Shown here: positions 1-7,329 of the stretch, piece after piece
Layout of the letters: each line of letters opens with the position of its first letter
Numbering within the stretch: the stretch's first letter is position 1
IMG/VR virus record: IMGVR_UViG_3300031957_002603
Span: 1 to 64,000 of that record
Reading direction: 5' to 3' (one strand)
Length of the DNA stretch: 64,000 nt
Origin: a virus
Notes under the pieces: model-generated
Seen by the model: only the letters and a program-made list of their open reading frames with translations
Told to the model about the DNA's origin: nothing
The model's database searches: none
Made by a program: the position numbers and the translations under genes

Positions 1-129
1 CACGGTGAAATGGGCATCATCCTTCGTAAAAGGTACAAAGAACCCTCACAGTATCAGGTGATGATGCTAGCAGACCACGATTACAAGATGTGGTATCTAA
101 GCAAGCGACTAAGGAAGATCAAGCAATGA
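1..129 (+). CDS. 3' end of small hypothetical protein (possible SH3/KOW-like fold), truncated by window edge
   Basis: Frame +1 open from base 1 to TGA at 127-129: HGEMGIILRKRYKEPSQYQVMMLADHDYKMWYLSKRLRKIKQ. Confidence 0.55.
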   Translation, partial: HGEMGIILRKRYKEPSQYQVMMLADHDYKMWYLSKRLRKIKQ

Positions 130-160
130 TCGAGGTTTCAAAAAAAGTTTGTTTTTTTTC

Positions 161-189
161 TTGACAAATAGATAGTAATAGGATACATT
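161..189 (+). promoter_or_regulatory. sigma70-type early promoter, cassette copy 1
   Basis: TTGACA 161-166, 17 bp spacer, TACATT 184-189, A-tract/T-tract upstream. Confidence 0.85.
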
Positions 190-235
190 ATCTACATCAA
201 CGGCAATCACGCCACTCTCACTATGAGGTTTACAC

Positions 236-1465
236 ATGTCAACATTTGATCTTGACCGCTACACTTTCAAACTACTGCAAGGCGAACCCTTCTTTGCAGC
301 ACTATCCCGTCGTATTCAGAAACGACCTACTACCGCCATACCCACTGCCGGTGTCCGCCTCAACCCGAGCACAGCACAGTTCGAAATGGCTTACAATCCC
401 CAGTTCTTCGAGGATCTCACAGAGAAGCAACGCCTTGGTGTCCTTAAACACGAGTTTTATCACATCATCTTCGAGCATGTCACTGGTCGTCTCCCTCCCG
501 AAGGGATGTCCAAGATGTGGAATGTCGCTACGGACTTGGCTATCAACTCCCATCTGATGGGCGAACTACCCGAAGGTGGTTGCTTTCCAACCATCGAACC
601 GTTCCAAGAGTATCCCCTCGGTCTCTCGGCTGAACGCTATTTCAGCATGCTTCAGAACGATGAACAGTTTCAGCCTCAAGATGGCGACGGAGACGGTGAT
701 GGTGAGGGCCAAGGCCAAGGTGGCGAAGGCCAAGCCGGAAATGGCAATGGCTCCTCCGGTGGTGGTGGGGGCCTACCCGATACTCTCGATGACCATGACG
801 GCTGGGGCGAAGCCTCCGAGGAGGTTCGAGACATGGCCAAAGAACGCCTCAAGCAAGCCGTCGAGAAGGCTGCTCAGGAGGCCGCTTCAGGCCGTGGCTG
901 GGGTACGGTATCGGCTGAGATGCGAAAGAAGATTATGGACATGATTAAGCCAAAGGTAAACTGGCGGTCAGTCCTACGCTATTTCATCAAGACCTCTCAA
1001 AGAGCCGACAAACGCTCAACCGTCAAGCGATACAACAAAAAGTATCGTGCTCAACGGTATGCCGGAAAGAAGATCACCCGTCACGCCAAGATTGCCGTGG
1101 CTATCGACCAGTCCGGCTCTGTCGGTGACGAGATGCTCGCTGCCTTCTTTGCAGAACTCAACGGACTGGCCAAGTATGCCGAGTTCACCGTGGTTCCCTT
1201 CGATACTCAAGTCGACGATAGCAAGGTCTATGTATGGAAAAAGGGTCAACGCCATGTCACAGAACGAGTGCTGACCGGTGGAACTTGCTTCGACGCTCCG
1301 ACCCGATGGTGCAACGAACGCCAGTTTGACGGGCTTATCATCCTCACTGACATGGAAGCACCTAAGCCGATCCCGTCACGGTCGCAACGGATGTGGCTCA
1401 CCACACCGGATTGTAAGGAACGGTCGTACTTTCAAACAAACGAGCGGGTTATTGCCATCGAGTAA
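236..1465 (+). CDS. Metallopeptidase-like (DUF2201-type) N-domain fused to VWA domain
   Basis: HEFYH zincin motif, WNVATDLAIN, Gly-rich linker, MIDAS DQSGS, GGT and TD motifs; RBS GAGG. Confidence 0.85.
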   Translation: MSTFDLDRYTFKLLQGEPFFAALSRRIQKRPTTAIPTAGVRLNPSTAQFEMAYNPQFFEDLTEKQRLGVLKHEFYHIIFEHVTGRLPPEGMSKMWNVATDLAINSHLMGELPEGGCFPTIEPFQEYPLGLSAERYFSMLQNDEQFQPQDGDGDGDGEGQGQGGEGQAGNGNGSSGGGGGLPDTLDDHDGWGEASEEVRDMAKERLKQAVEKAAQEAASGRGWGTVSAEMRKKIMDMIKPKVNWRSVLRYFIKTSQRADKRSTVKRYNKKYRAQRYAGKKITRHAKIAVAIDQSGSVGDEMLAAFFAELNGLAKYAEFTVVPFDTQVDDSKVYVWKKGQRHVTERVLTGGTCFDAPTRWCNERQFDGLIILTDMEAPKPIPSRSQRMWLTTPDCKERSYFQTNERVIAIE

Positions 1466-1517
1466 GATGGCAACTTTCCCGTGTGGGCCGAGGATAAAAA
1501 AAAGTTTATTTTTTTTC

Positions 1518-1546
1518 TTGACAAATCATTGGGAACGGGATACATT
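1518..1546 (+). promoter_or_regulatory. sigma70-type early promoter, copy 2
   Basis: TTGACA 1518-1523, N17, TACATT 1541-1546. Confidence 0.85.
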
Positions 1547-1650
1547 ATCTACATCAACGAAACAACCACACACAACGGAGACGCTTTGAAGATACAACGA
1601 CCACCTTATTAAGGCTCAATCGAAACTTTAAACTTTATTTCACTTTTTAC

Positions 1651-1679
1651 TTGACAACTTATTCAAAACTAGTTACATT
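1651..1679 (+). promoter_or_regulatory. sigma70-type early promoter, copy 3
   Basis: TTGACA 1651-1656, N17, TACATT 1674-1679. Confidence 0.85.
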
Positions 1680-1717
1680 ATAAACACAACACAACAATCC
1701 ACTTTGGAGCAAACACT

Positions 1718-2812
1718 ATGTCTATTGACTTTAAAACCTTCCTTTCAGTTGTAACCCACATCACAGATGCTCGCTACCCAGTCCTTATCAGAGGCCGTCA
1801 CGGTATCGGTAAATCCACAGTCGTCTATCAGTACGCCAAAGAACAGGGACTACCTGTTGTCGAGCGTCGTGCCTCACAGATGACCGAAGGCGACTTGCTT
1901 GGTCTGCCTGACCTCGACGATACCACTATCAAAGGTCAGAAGATTACCAAGTTCTGCGCTCCTGACTGGCTCGCTCAGGCTTGTAATGAAGCCGTGGTTC
2001 TATTCCTCGACGAGGTAGATCGTGCGACAATGGAGGTTCGCCAAGGTATCTTCGAACTTTGCGACAGCCGTAAGATTGCGGGTCACACTTTGCATCCTGA
2101 CACCCTTATCTTTGCAGCCGTCAATGGCGGTCAGCACGGTGCTCAGTACCAAGTGGGTGAAATGGACCCCGCAGAACTCGACCGTTACACTGTCTTTGAT
2201 GTCGAACCTACCGTTGAGGACTGGCTTGCTTGGGCTGGTGACCGTGTGGTGAAGCCTATCTTTGATTTCATCAACTCAAACCATCAGCACCTCGAACACA
2301 ACGATGATTTCGAGCCAAACAAGGTTTATCCTTCTCGTCGCTCTTGGGAACGATTGTCTCAAACACTCGATGCTGCCGGTGTCAAGTACGAACAGTCACC
2401 TGTCATCTATCACTTGGCTCAAGGCTTCGTCGGTATGGAGGCCGCTATCGCCTTCAACGATTACCTCAGAGAGTACAAGAATGAACTCACAGTCGAGCAA
2501 CTCTTGAACGATGGCCGTGTAGACGATACCAACGGCTGGGTTATCAATGAGCACACCGCAATGGTCGAGAAGATCAAGCAATCAAAGGTGCTCAATGCTG
2601 AACTGGACAGCAACCAGTTGCAGAACCTCGCTAACTACTTTGTCCGCATCCCTTCAGAGGTTGGAATGCTGCTATGGTCGGCAATGGGTGAGGGTGAACA
2701 AGCCCAAACCAACATCGTACACTTTCACGATGTAAAGGCTACTGATGCCGATGGTAACACTGTTTCCGTTCAACAGCACATCGTGTCTGTTCTAACCGCT
2801 GGCTCTAACTAG
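1718..2812 (+). CDS. MoxR-like AAA+ ATPase
   Basis: Walker A GRHGIGKS, Walker B LFLDEVDRA, DPAELDR, PSRRSW; adjacent to VWA gene. Confidence 0.88.
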   Translation: MSIDFKTFLSVVTHITDARYPVLIRGRHGIGKSTVVYQYAKEQGLPVVERRASQMTEGDLLGLPDLDDTTIKGQKITKFCAPDWLAQACNEAVVLFLDEVDRATMEVRQGIFELCDSRKIAGHTLHPDTLIFAAVNGGQHGAQYQVGEMDPAELDRYTVFDVEPTVEDWLAWAGDRVVKPIFDFINSNHQHLEHNDDFEPNKVYPSRRSWERLSQTLDAAGVKYEQSPVIYHLAQGFVGMEAAIAFNDYLREYKNELTVEQLLNDGRVDDTNGWVINEHTAMVEKIKQSKVLNAELDSNQLQNLANYFVRIPSEVGMLLWSAMGEGEQAQTNIVHFHDVKATDADGNTVSVQQHIVSVLTAGSN

Positions 2813-2943
2813 TCAGCAATCACCGGTGAGTAGGGGATCTACCCTACCACCCCCCTAGGGGGTGTCCATGAGGATACTATTAAACATCGCTATGGTGGGC
2901 GTTATGTACGCTTGCTTCATTACACATACGCTAAGGAGGCGTC

Positions 2944-3135
2944 GTGAACACAATCAAAATCGAACTCAAACTAGACAATCAAGGGCTGGCCGACCTTCTC
3001 CAGTCCATGCTGATCAAGGGCTTGCAGCCGCAAGCACAGATGGTAGCATTGGCCGCACTCGAACAGCAGCAATCAGAGGCTGTTCAAGGCACGGTCGATA
3101 AGAAGGCAACCATTGGTTTCAAAACAGGAGAATAG
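2944..3135 (+). CDS. Small hypothetical protein ending in ...TIGFKTGE
   Basis: GTG start preceded by strong RBS AAGGAGG. Confidence 0.65.
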   Translation: MNTIKIELKLDNQGLADLLQSMLIKGLQPQAQMVALAALEQQQSEAVQGTVDKKATIGFKTGE

Positions 3136-3138
3136 AAT

Positions 3139-3501
3139 ATGCGAAAACCCAATAACAATCAATACAATCGGCAGTATCTCACTGACCGCCAGTTTAAGAA
3201 GGCCCTTCAAACCTATGACACAAGGGGCCGCTGGATCACAAACGACCAGTGGAAGGTGGTTCTTCGTGAGGTATGGAAGCGAGGTGGCCAAACCTATGGC
3301 ACGGTCATTGAGAGAGCCGATAACGGCTACCATGTCGATCTGCTCGGAGAGAGAGCGTTTATGTACGCATCGGAGGCTCACCCCGATACCGATGAACACT
3401 TTGGCGAAACCCTTGTGTTTGAAATAAAGCACATGGAAACTACACAAATCCGAGGCAAGGTCAGGACAAACATCATTGTAACGAATAGGATTTATCGATA
3501 A
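3139..3501 (+). CDS. Single S1 (OB-fold) domain protein resembling ribosomal protein S1 domain 2
   Basis: GTVIERADNGYHVDLLGERAFM...GETLVFEI...NIIVTNR aligns by eye with the S1 repeat pattern G-V---GGF-V-L-G-RAFLP...G--LEFKV...NVVVSRR; RBS AGGAG. Confidence 0.65.
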   Translation: MRKPNNNQYNRQYLTDRQFKKALQTYDTRGRWITNDQWKVVLREVWKRGGQTYGTVIERADNGYHVDLLGERAFMYASEAHPDTDEHFGETLVFEIKHMETTQIRGKVRTNIIVTNRIYR

Positions 3502-3518
3502 TCCAGTTTGAACCTATG

Positions 3519-3619
3519 GTTTGCCTTGTTTTAAGCAACTAAGGGTCGAGAACTTACCATAATTAAGACAGCCGCAGAGTAGCGGCATCTTGATTTGTTC
3601 TCGGCCCACAGGGGCAAAC
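3519..3619 (+). ncRNA. Candidate rod-shaped structured RNA (~100 nt)
   Basis: Four nested stems: 3519-3529/3608-3619, 3543-3553/3597-3607, 3561-3568/3588-3595, 3571-3575/3582-3586; G-U pairs on + strand; intergenic. Confidence 0.6.
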
Positions 3620-3640
3620 AAAAAAAGTTTGTTTTTTTTC

Positions 3641-3669
3641 TTGACAAATGTATGGGAACGGGATACATT
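3641..3669 (+). promoter_or_regulatory. sigma70-type early promoter, copy 4
   Basis: TTGACA 3641-3646, N17, TACATT 3664-3669. Confidence 0.85.
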
Positions 3670-3716
3670 ACTAACATCAAGGGGCAATGTCGCTCTCTTG
3701 GTTACTCGGAGGCCAA

Positions 3717-3926
3717 ATGGCTCGCTCAACACTCTGCATCGGAACCCCTGTAACACTCACTCGTCACGGGGCTTCGCTTGAAAGCAACGCACCTTATCTC
3801 GGTATGATCGGCACTCTAGTCGGCTACACAATGTGGATACCCAAAGAGGGATACATGATCCGCTGGCCTGACGGAACCGAAATGGCCGTGTCTCACGCTC
3901 GCAACGAAGTCATGATTGCGCAATAA
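3717..3926 (+). CDS. Small hypothetical protein (SH3-like beta pattern)
   Basis: ATG 3717 after GGAGG, downstream of promoter; IGTPV...GMIGTLVG...YMIRWPDG. Confidence 0.7.
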   Translation: MARSTLCIGTPVTLTRHGASLESNAPYLGMIGTLVGYTMWIPKEGYMIRWPDGTEMAVSHARNEVMIAQ

Positions 3927-3935
3927 GGAGAGCAC

Positions 3936-4097
3936 ATGATTACAGTCACAATCAGCAATCTTCTCGCTTATTACGGCCTTGGCCTTATCGCATGGATGTT
4001 CATATGCGAGGTTATGCCTTTCAAATGGCATGTCCGAGCCTTCTGCCTTGCGCTTGTCTATTGCGGCCTTCCCTTCTTACTCTGCACTTTCGCATAA
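3936..4097 (+). CDS. 53 aa membrane peptide (not in ORF track)
   Basis: RBS TAAGGAG; MITVTISNLLAYYGLGLIAWMFICEVMPFKWHVRAFCLALVYCGLPFLLCTFA has two hydrophobic segments. Confidence 0.65.
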   Translation: MITVTISNLLAYYGLGLIAWMFICEVMPFKWHVRAFCLALVYCGLPFLLCTFA

Positions 4098-4111
4098 TCG
4101 AGGTTTTACTT

Positions 4112-4282
4112 ATGTTTATTCAACTTGGCTTTGCAGCCCTTATCACCGTCCTTTCATGGGCAATCATCCTAGGAACCCTGAACATAGCGGGCGTATTCAT
4201 TGCCGCTCTGCTTGGAGCCTCTCCAAACGAGATCGAAAAGTTCGAACAAGCCTGTATTGATCGAGACAATAAAAAAAGTTAA
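4112..4282 (+). CDS. 56 aa membrane peptide
   Basis: RBS GAGG; MFIQLGFAALITVLSWAIILGTLNIAGVFIAALLG hydrophobic, charged tail. Confidence 0.65.
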   Translation: MFIQLGFAALITVLSWAIILGTLNIAGVFIAALLGASPNEIEKFEQACIDRDNKKS

Positions 4283-4291
4283 ACTTTTTTC

Positions 4292-4320
4292 TTGACAAAT
4301 CAAACCAACCGTGATACATT
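4292..4320 (+). promoter_or_regulatory. sigma70-type early promoter, copy 5
   Basis: TTGACA 4292-4297, N17, TACATT 4315-4320; near-palindrome AAAAAAGTTAAACTTTTTT upstream. Confidence 0.85.
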
Positions 4321-4366
4321 ACTAACATCAAGAGGCAATGACGCTTCTTGAATACTTGGAGGCCAC

Positions 4367-4666
4367 ATGGCTCAATCAAACAACTCAACCGCAATCCCTT
4401 TCGTATTCACTCTAGGCAAAGGCATATTATTCGACACGCTCAACCCGAACGGTGCTGACCCGCTATTCGCTGGTGTGCTCGAACAGCAACCGGATGAAAC
4501 CTTGCCCTATGGAACCAGTCGTCAACGGTTCAACCTTATTGCAGATAAGACCTTCAATGTCTCTGGCTTGCCGCCTAAAGCGATCTACTCATGTGTTGAG
4601 CGCATCGAGATTGCGCTTCAGCAACATCTTCAATCAGAACGAAAGCCACAAATAACCTTGGTCTAA
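4367..4666 (+). CDS. Hypothetical early protein
   Basis: ATG after GGAGG, own promoter. Confidence 0.75.
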   Translation: MAQSNNSTAIPFVFTLGKGILFDTLNPNGADPLFAGVLEQQPDETLPYGTSRQRFNLIADKTFNVSGLPPKAIYSCVERIEIALQQHLQSERKPQITLV

Positions 4667-4697
4667 CCAAGGTTATAAACTTTCTTCAACTTTCTGC

Positions 4698-4726
4698 TTG
4701 ACAAATCTTATCAACCGTGATACATT
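4698..4726 (+). promoter_or_regulatory. sigma70-type early promoter, copy 6
   Basis: TTGACA 4698-4703, N17, TACATT 4721-4726. Confidence 0.85.
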
Positions 4727-4748
4727 ATATACATCACAGGGAGACACA

Positions 4749-4910
4749 ATGAAAACAGTGACCATTACGAAACTTGTCCTTACAGGCTGCCTCAAAGGCA
4801 TGACCGTTCAAGACAGTTATCCAACCATCCGCAAAGATAGCCGCATTGTCGGCAATGTTTATCAAGGCTACACACACAAATACAAAGTACTATCAATCGA
4901 GTATAAATAG
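4749..4910 (+). CDS. Small hypothetical early protein (53 aa)
   Basis: ATG 4749 after AGGGAG, downstream of promoter. Confidence 0.7.
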   Translation: MKTVTITKLVLTGCLKGMTVQDSYPTIRKDSRIVGNVYQGYTHKYKVLSIEYK

Positions 4911-4918
4911 GAGACAGC

Positions 4919-5005
4919 ATGTTTATTGAAATGCTAGCATTCGCCTTGCTTACAGGCACAACCGCAACCCTTACCGCATTGGCCGCTCTGTCGGCCTTCC
5001 AATAG
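4919..5005 (+). CDS. 28 aa hydrophobic peptide (not in ORF track)
   Basis: RBS TAGGAG; MFIEMLAFALLTGTTATLTALAALSAFQ; fills the gap between neighbours. Confidence 0.55.
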   Translation: MFIEMLAFALLTGTTATLTALAALSAFQ

Positions 5006-5013
5006 GAGCCCAA

Positions 5014-5217
5014 ATGACCCGTGTATTCCAACTATTCACAGACCTGAAAGAAGCAAAGCAGTTCTGCTATAACCACGATATGAAGGACATCGAGCGTCTT
5101 GTGCTCGTCAAGTGTGGCGTCCACAAGGGCGATGTGTATTATGTCATGGACGGCATGTCCGAGATTGACCGGTACATAAACAACTGGAAGATGGAAACCC
5201 TCTATGTTTACGAGTAA
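5014..5217 (+). CDS. Small hypothetical protein
   Basis: RBS TAGGAG, ORF 67 aa. Confidence 0.7.
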   Translation: MTRVFQLFTDLKEAKQFCYNHDMKDIERLVLVKCGVHKGDVYYVMDGMSEIDRYINNWKMETLYVYE

Positions 5218-5251
5218 CCATCGAGGTCACAAAAAAACTTAAACTTTTTTC

Positions 5252-5280
5252 TTGACAAACTTAATCAACCATGATACATT
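5252..5280 (+). promoter_or_regulatory. sigma70-type early promoter, copy 7
   Basis: TTGACA 5252-5257, N17, TACATT 5275-5280. Confidence 0.85.
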
Positions 5281-5324
5281 ATAAACATCAAACAAACACA
5301 CTACACACAATCGAGGTAAACAAT

Positions 5325-5513
5325 ATGTTTCATCCATCAGAACTCAAAGCAATGAAAGCAGCAAAAGCAACCCGAACCAAGTTCACAATCGTAACAAAGG
5401 CAAAGATCGTCCTTCTTAACAATGCATATGGCGTCTCTTATCCTGACGGTCGCATTGACCGCTGTGTTAACCTTGCAACCGCTCAGTATCTTGTCCGCTC
5501 CTTCAACCGATAA
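5325..5513 (+). CDS. Small basic hypothetical protein
   Basis: ATG 5325 after GAGGT, downstream of promoter. Confidence 0.7.
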   Translation: MFHPSELKAMKAAKATRTKFTIVTKAKIVLLNNAYGVSYPDGRIDRCVNLATAQYLVRSFNR

Positions 5514-5565
5514 GCGACAAACCTCCGAGACCACAAATAAATAAAAACTGAACAAGGGAAATCAA

Positions 5566-5844
5566 ATGAGAAACGAACAAGTTATTAAAGCATTCACAAT
5601 GGAAAGAGAAGCAAAGGCAAGTAACCTATACACAGATGGAAAGCGCATCTATTCGTATGGCGTAACCATTGGCTTCAATATGGCTGGTAGAACATTCGTT
5701 ATTGACTACACTGCAACAGGTGGTCACTTTATCTCTGCTACAACCTCTCAGCATGTCTGTAAGATAAAGAGAGAAGCCGGTGTTAAGGTCATCTCAGCAG
5801 AGGAATACCAAGAGGGCTTTCACCATCTGGTACGGGATCTCTAA
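5566..5844 (+). CDS. Hypothetical phage protein
   Basis: ORF 92 aa with YSYG...SATTSQH pattern; RBS AAGGG. Confidence 0.7.
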   Translation: MRNEQVIKAFTMEREAKASNLYTDGKRIYSYGVTIGFNMAGRTFVIDYTATGGHFISATTSQHVCKIKREAGVKVISAEEYQEGFHHLVRDL

Positions 5845-6181
5845 GCCCCTATCCTCTACACTACTACCCCCCTAGTACCCTACCCCCGCTTGCGCTCACA
5901 GCACACAATATGCGTTATATGCGCATTATCCAAGGTGTGTGTAACACATGCCCCTTAAAGGTGAGTATGCTATGATAATCGCAAGGTTTTAGGGTTCTAT
6001 GGGGTCTGCGCTAGTGTCTGCTTGTCTTACTGTAATAGGCACATTCTGAGCCTGTCTAGCGCATGTATAGAGCACACATACATAACTAGCATAGTAACAC
6101 ACGAAACGCCCGATTGTAACGAAACTTTTCGAAACATTCCCGTACACACGAGCACATACGAAACACACGAGGTACACACAC

Positions 6182-6304
6182 ATGACATATAACGAGCGCA
6201 TGATCGCACACATGGAACGCAAGTTACGCATATTGCTCGCATGCGAGGAAGCACAAAACAAAGCAATGAAACATCGAAACAGGATAAACAACTATGATGT
6301 ATAG
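6182..6304 (+). CDS. 40 aa helical peptide (not in ORF track)
   Basis: RBS GAGGT; MTYNERMIAHMERKLRILLACEEAQNKAMKHRNRINNYDV. Confidence 0.4.
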   Translation: MTYNERMIAHMERKLRILLACEEAQNKAMKHRNRINNYDV

Positions 6305-6447
6305 CAGCCGGCTATCTCTCTTAGGGAGGGGGTCTAATAAAACCCCCATAAACACGGGATCTTTAGAAACGCTACGAACGCCACGAGGCCCCCCAAAAGC
6401 GGTCAAATTATGACCGGATTATGAAAGATTTCACGATAATTGGCTTA

Positions 6448-6612
6448 CAACCTACCTTATTTGGAAAAGTAAGCACAAAATGTGGGAAAACTGGACATAA
6501 ATAAGGGGTAGCCCTAGGGAGAGATAAACATTATTCAGCGAAAATGAACCTTCAACCTACCATATCGTAAAAGTTAAGCAAGTTAGGCAGCGAGACTTTA
6601 CATAAATAAGGG
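6448..6612. repeat. Degenerate direct repeat, two ~60 bp units 105 bp apart
   Basis: CAACCTACC at 6448 and 6553; AAAAGT(T)AAGCA; ACATAAATAAGGG at 6495 and 6600. Confidence 0.65.
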
Positions 6613-6727
6613 ACAAGGAAAAAAAGTTAAAAAAACTTTGCCTTCAATAACACAGGTACAACCTTGGCTTTTGGGCATAGGCTCAGGAGATCCAGTCAAA
6701 GAGGGCATAAAAAACTTGTCGATTTAT

Positions 6728-6756
6728 TTGACAACGGGATGGTAACGGGATACATT
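6728..6756 (+). promoter_or_regulatory. sigma70-type early promoter, copy 8
   Basis: TTGACA 6728-6733, N17, TACATT 6751-6756. Confidence 0.8.
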
Positions 6757-6900
6757 AATAGTATGAAAAGCGATGATGCATTTCACTTTCCCATGGAGGC
6801 TGTCTTTGACGCTCTTTGTTATCTTACTTTCAAACTGGGCTTTCGGGCTCTTCTTGCTATCCTTCATCTTCTTCCCATCCAAATAATCGAGGTTCAACCT

Positions 6901-7209
6901 ATGTCTTTCAAACTCAACATCAACATTCTTGCCGATACCGATAACACCAGCACAGGCCGTGAGACCTTCAACCCGCTTCTGCGTATCACTCCCAACCACA
7001 CAAACCGCCCTCTGCTAGAGGGATATATCGCCGCTATCCGAAAGGGCGAGTATTCATGGGCACGCTTGCGCATCCTCCAAAAGTCCCTTCCTCGCACTGC
7101 TGCTTCAGCCCGTGCCAAAGGGGATGTTTGGACAGCACACTGGGCAGATGCCGCACTGGCCTGTATCGAAGTGCATGGTCACAAGGTGCAACGCAAGTCG
7201 GACAAATAA
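6901..7209 (+). CDS. Hypothetical early protein (102 aa)
   Basis: ATG 6901 after GAGGT, in frame with track ORF 6664-7209. Confidence 0.7.
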   Translation: MSFKLNINILADTDNTSTGRETFNPLLRITPNHTNRPLLEGYIAAIRKGEYSWARLRILQKSLPRTAASARAKGDVWTAHWADAALACIEVHGHKVQRKSDK

Positions 7210-7244
7210 TGTCCGAGAATAAATAAAATAATTCAACATTTTAC

Positions 7245-7273
7245 TTGACAACCGTATCAGAATATGATACATT
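7245..7273 (+). promoter_or_regulatory. sigma70-type early promoter, copy 9
   Basis: TTGACA 7245-7250, N17, TACATT 7268-7273. Confidence 0.85.
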
Positions 7274-7329
7274 ATATATATCAACGGAGCACAACGCTCC
7301 ACCCTTTAACCCTCATTGGAGTATCCAAT

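Noticed and set aside
2862-3101. 79 aa ORF after the ATPase
   Set aside because: Largely overlaps the better-supported 2944-3135 ORF that has AAGGAGG
6664-6900. N-terminal extension of ORF 6664-7209
   Set aside because: Spans a promoter; RBS-led ATG at 6901 is more plausible
129-7290. Repeats as a CRISPR array
   Set aside because: Spacing is irregular (130-2000 bp), intervals contain genes, and the repeats are promoters
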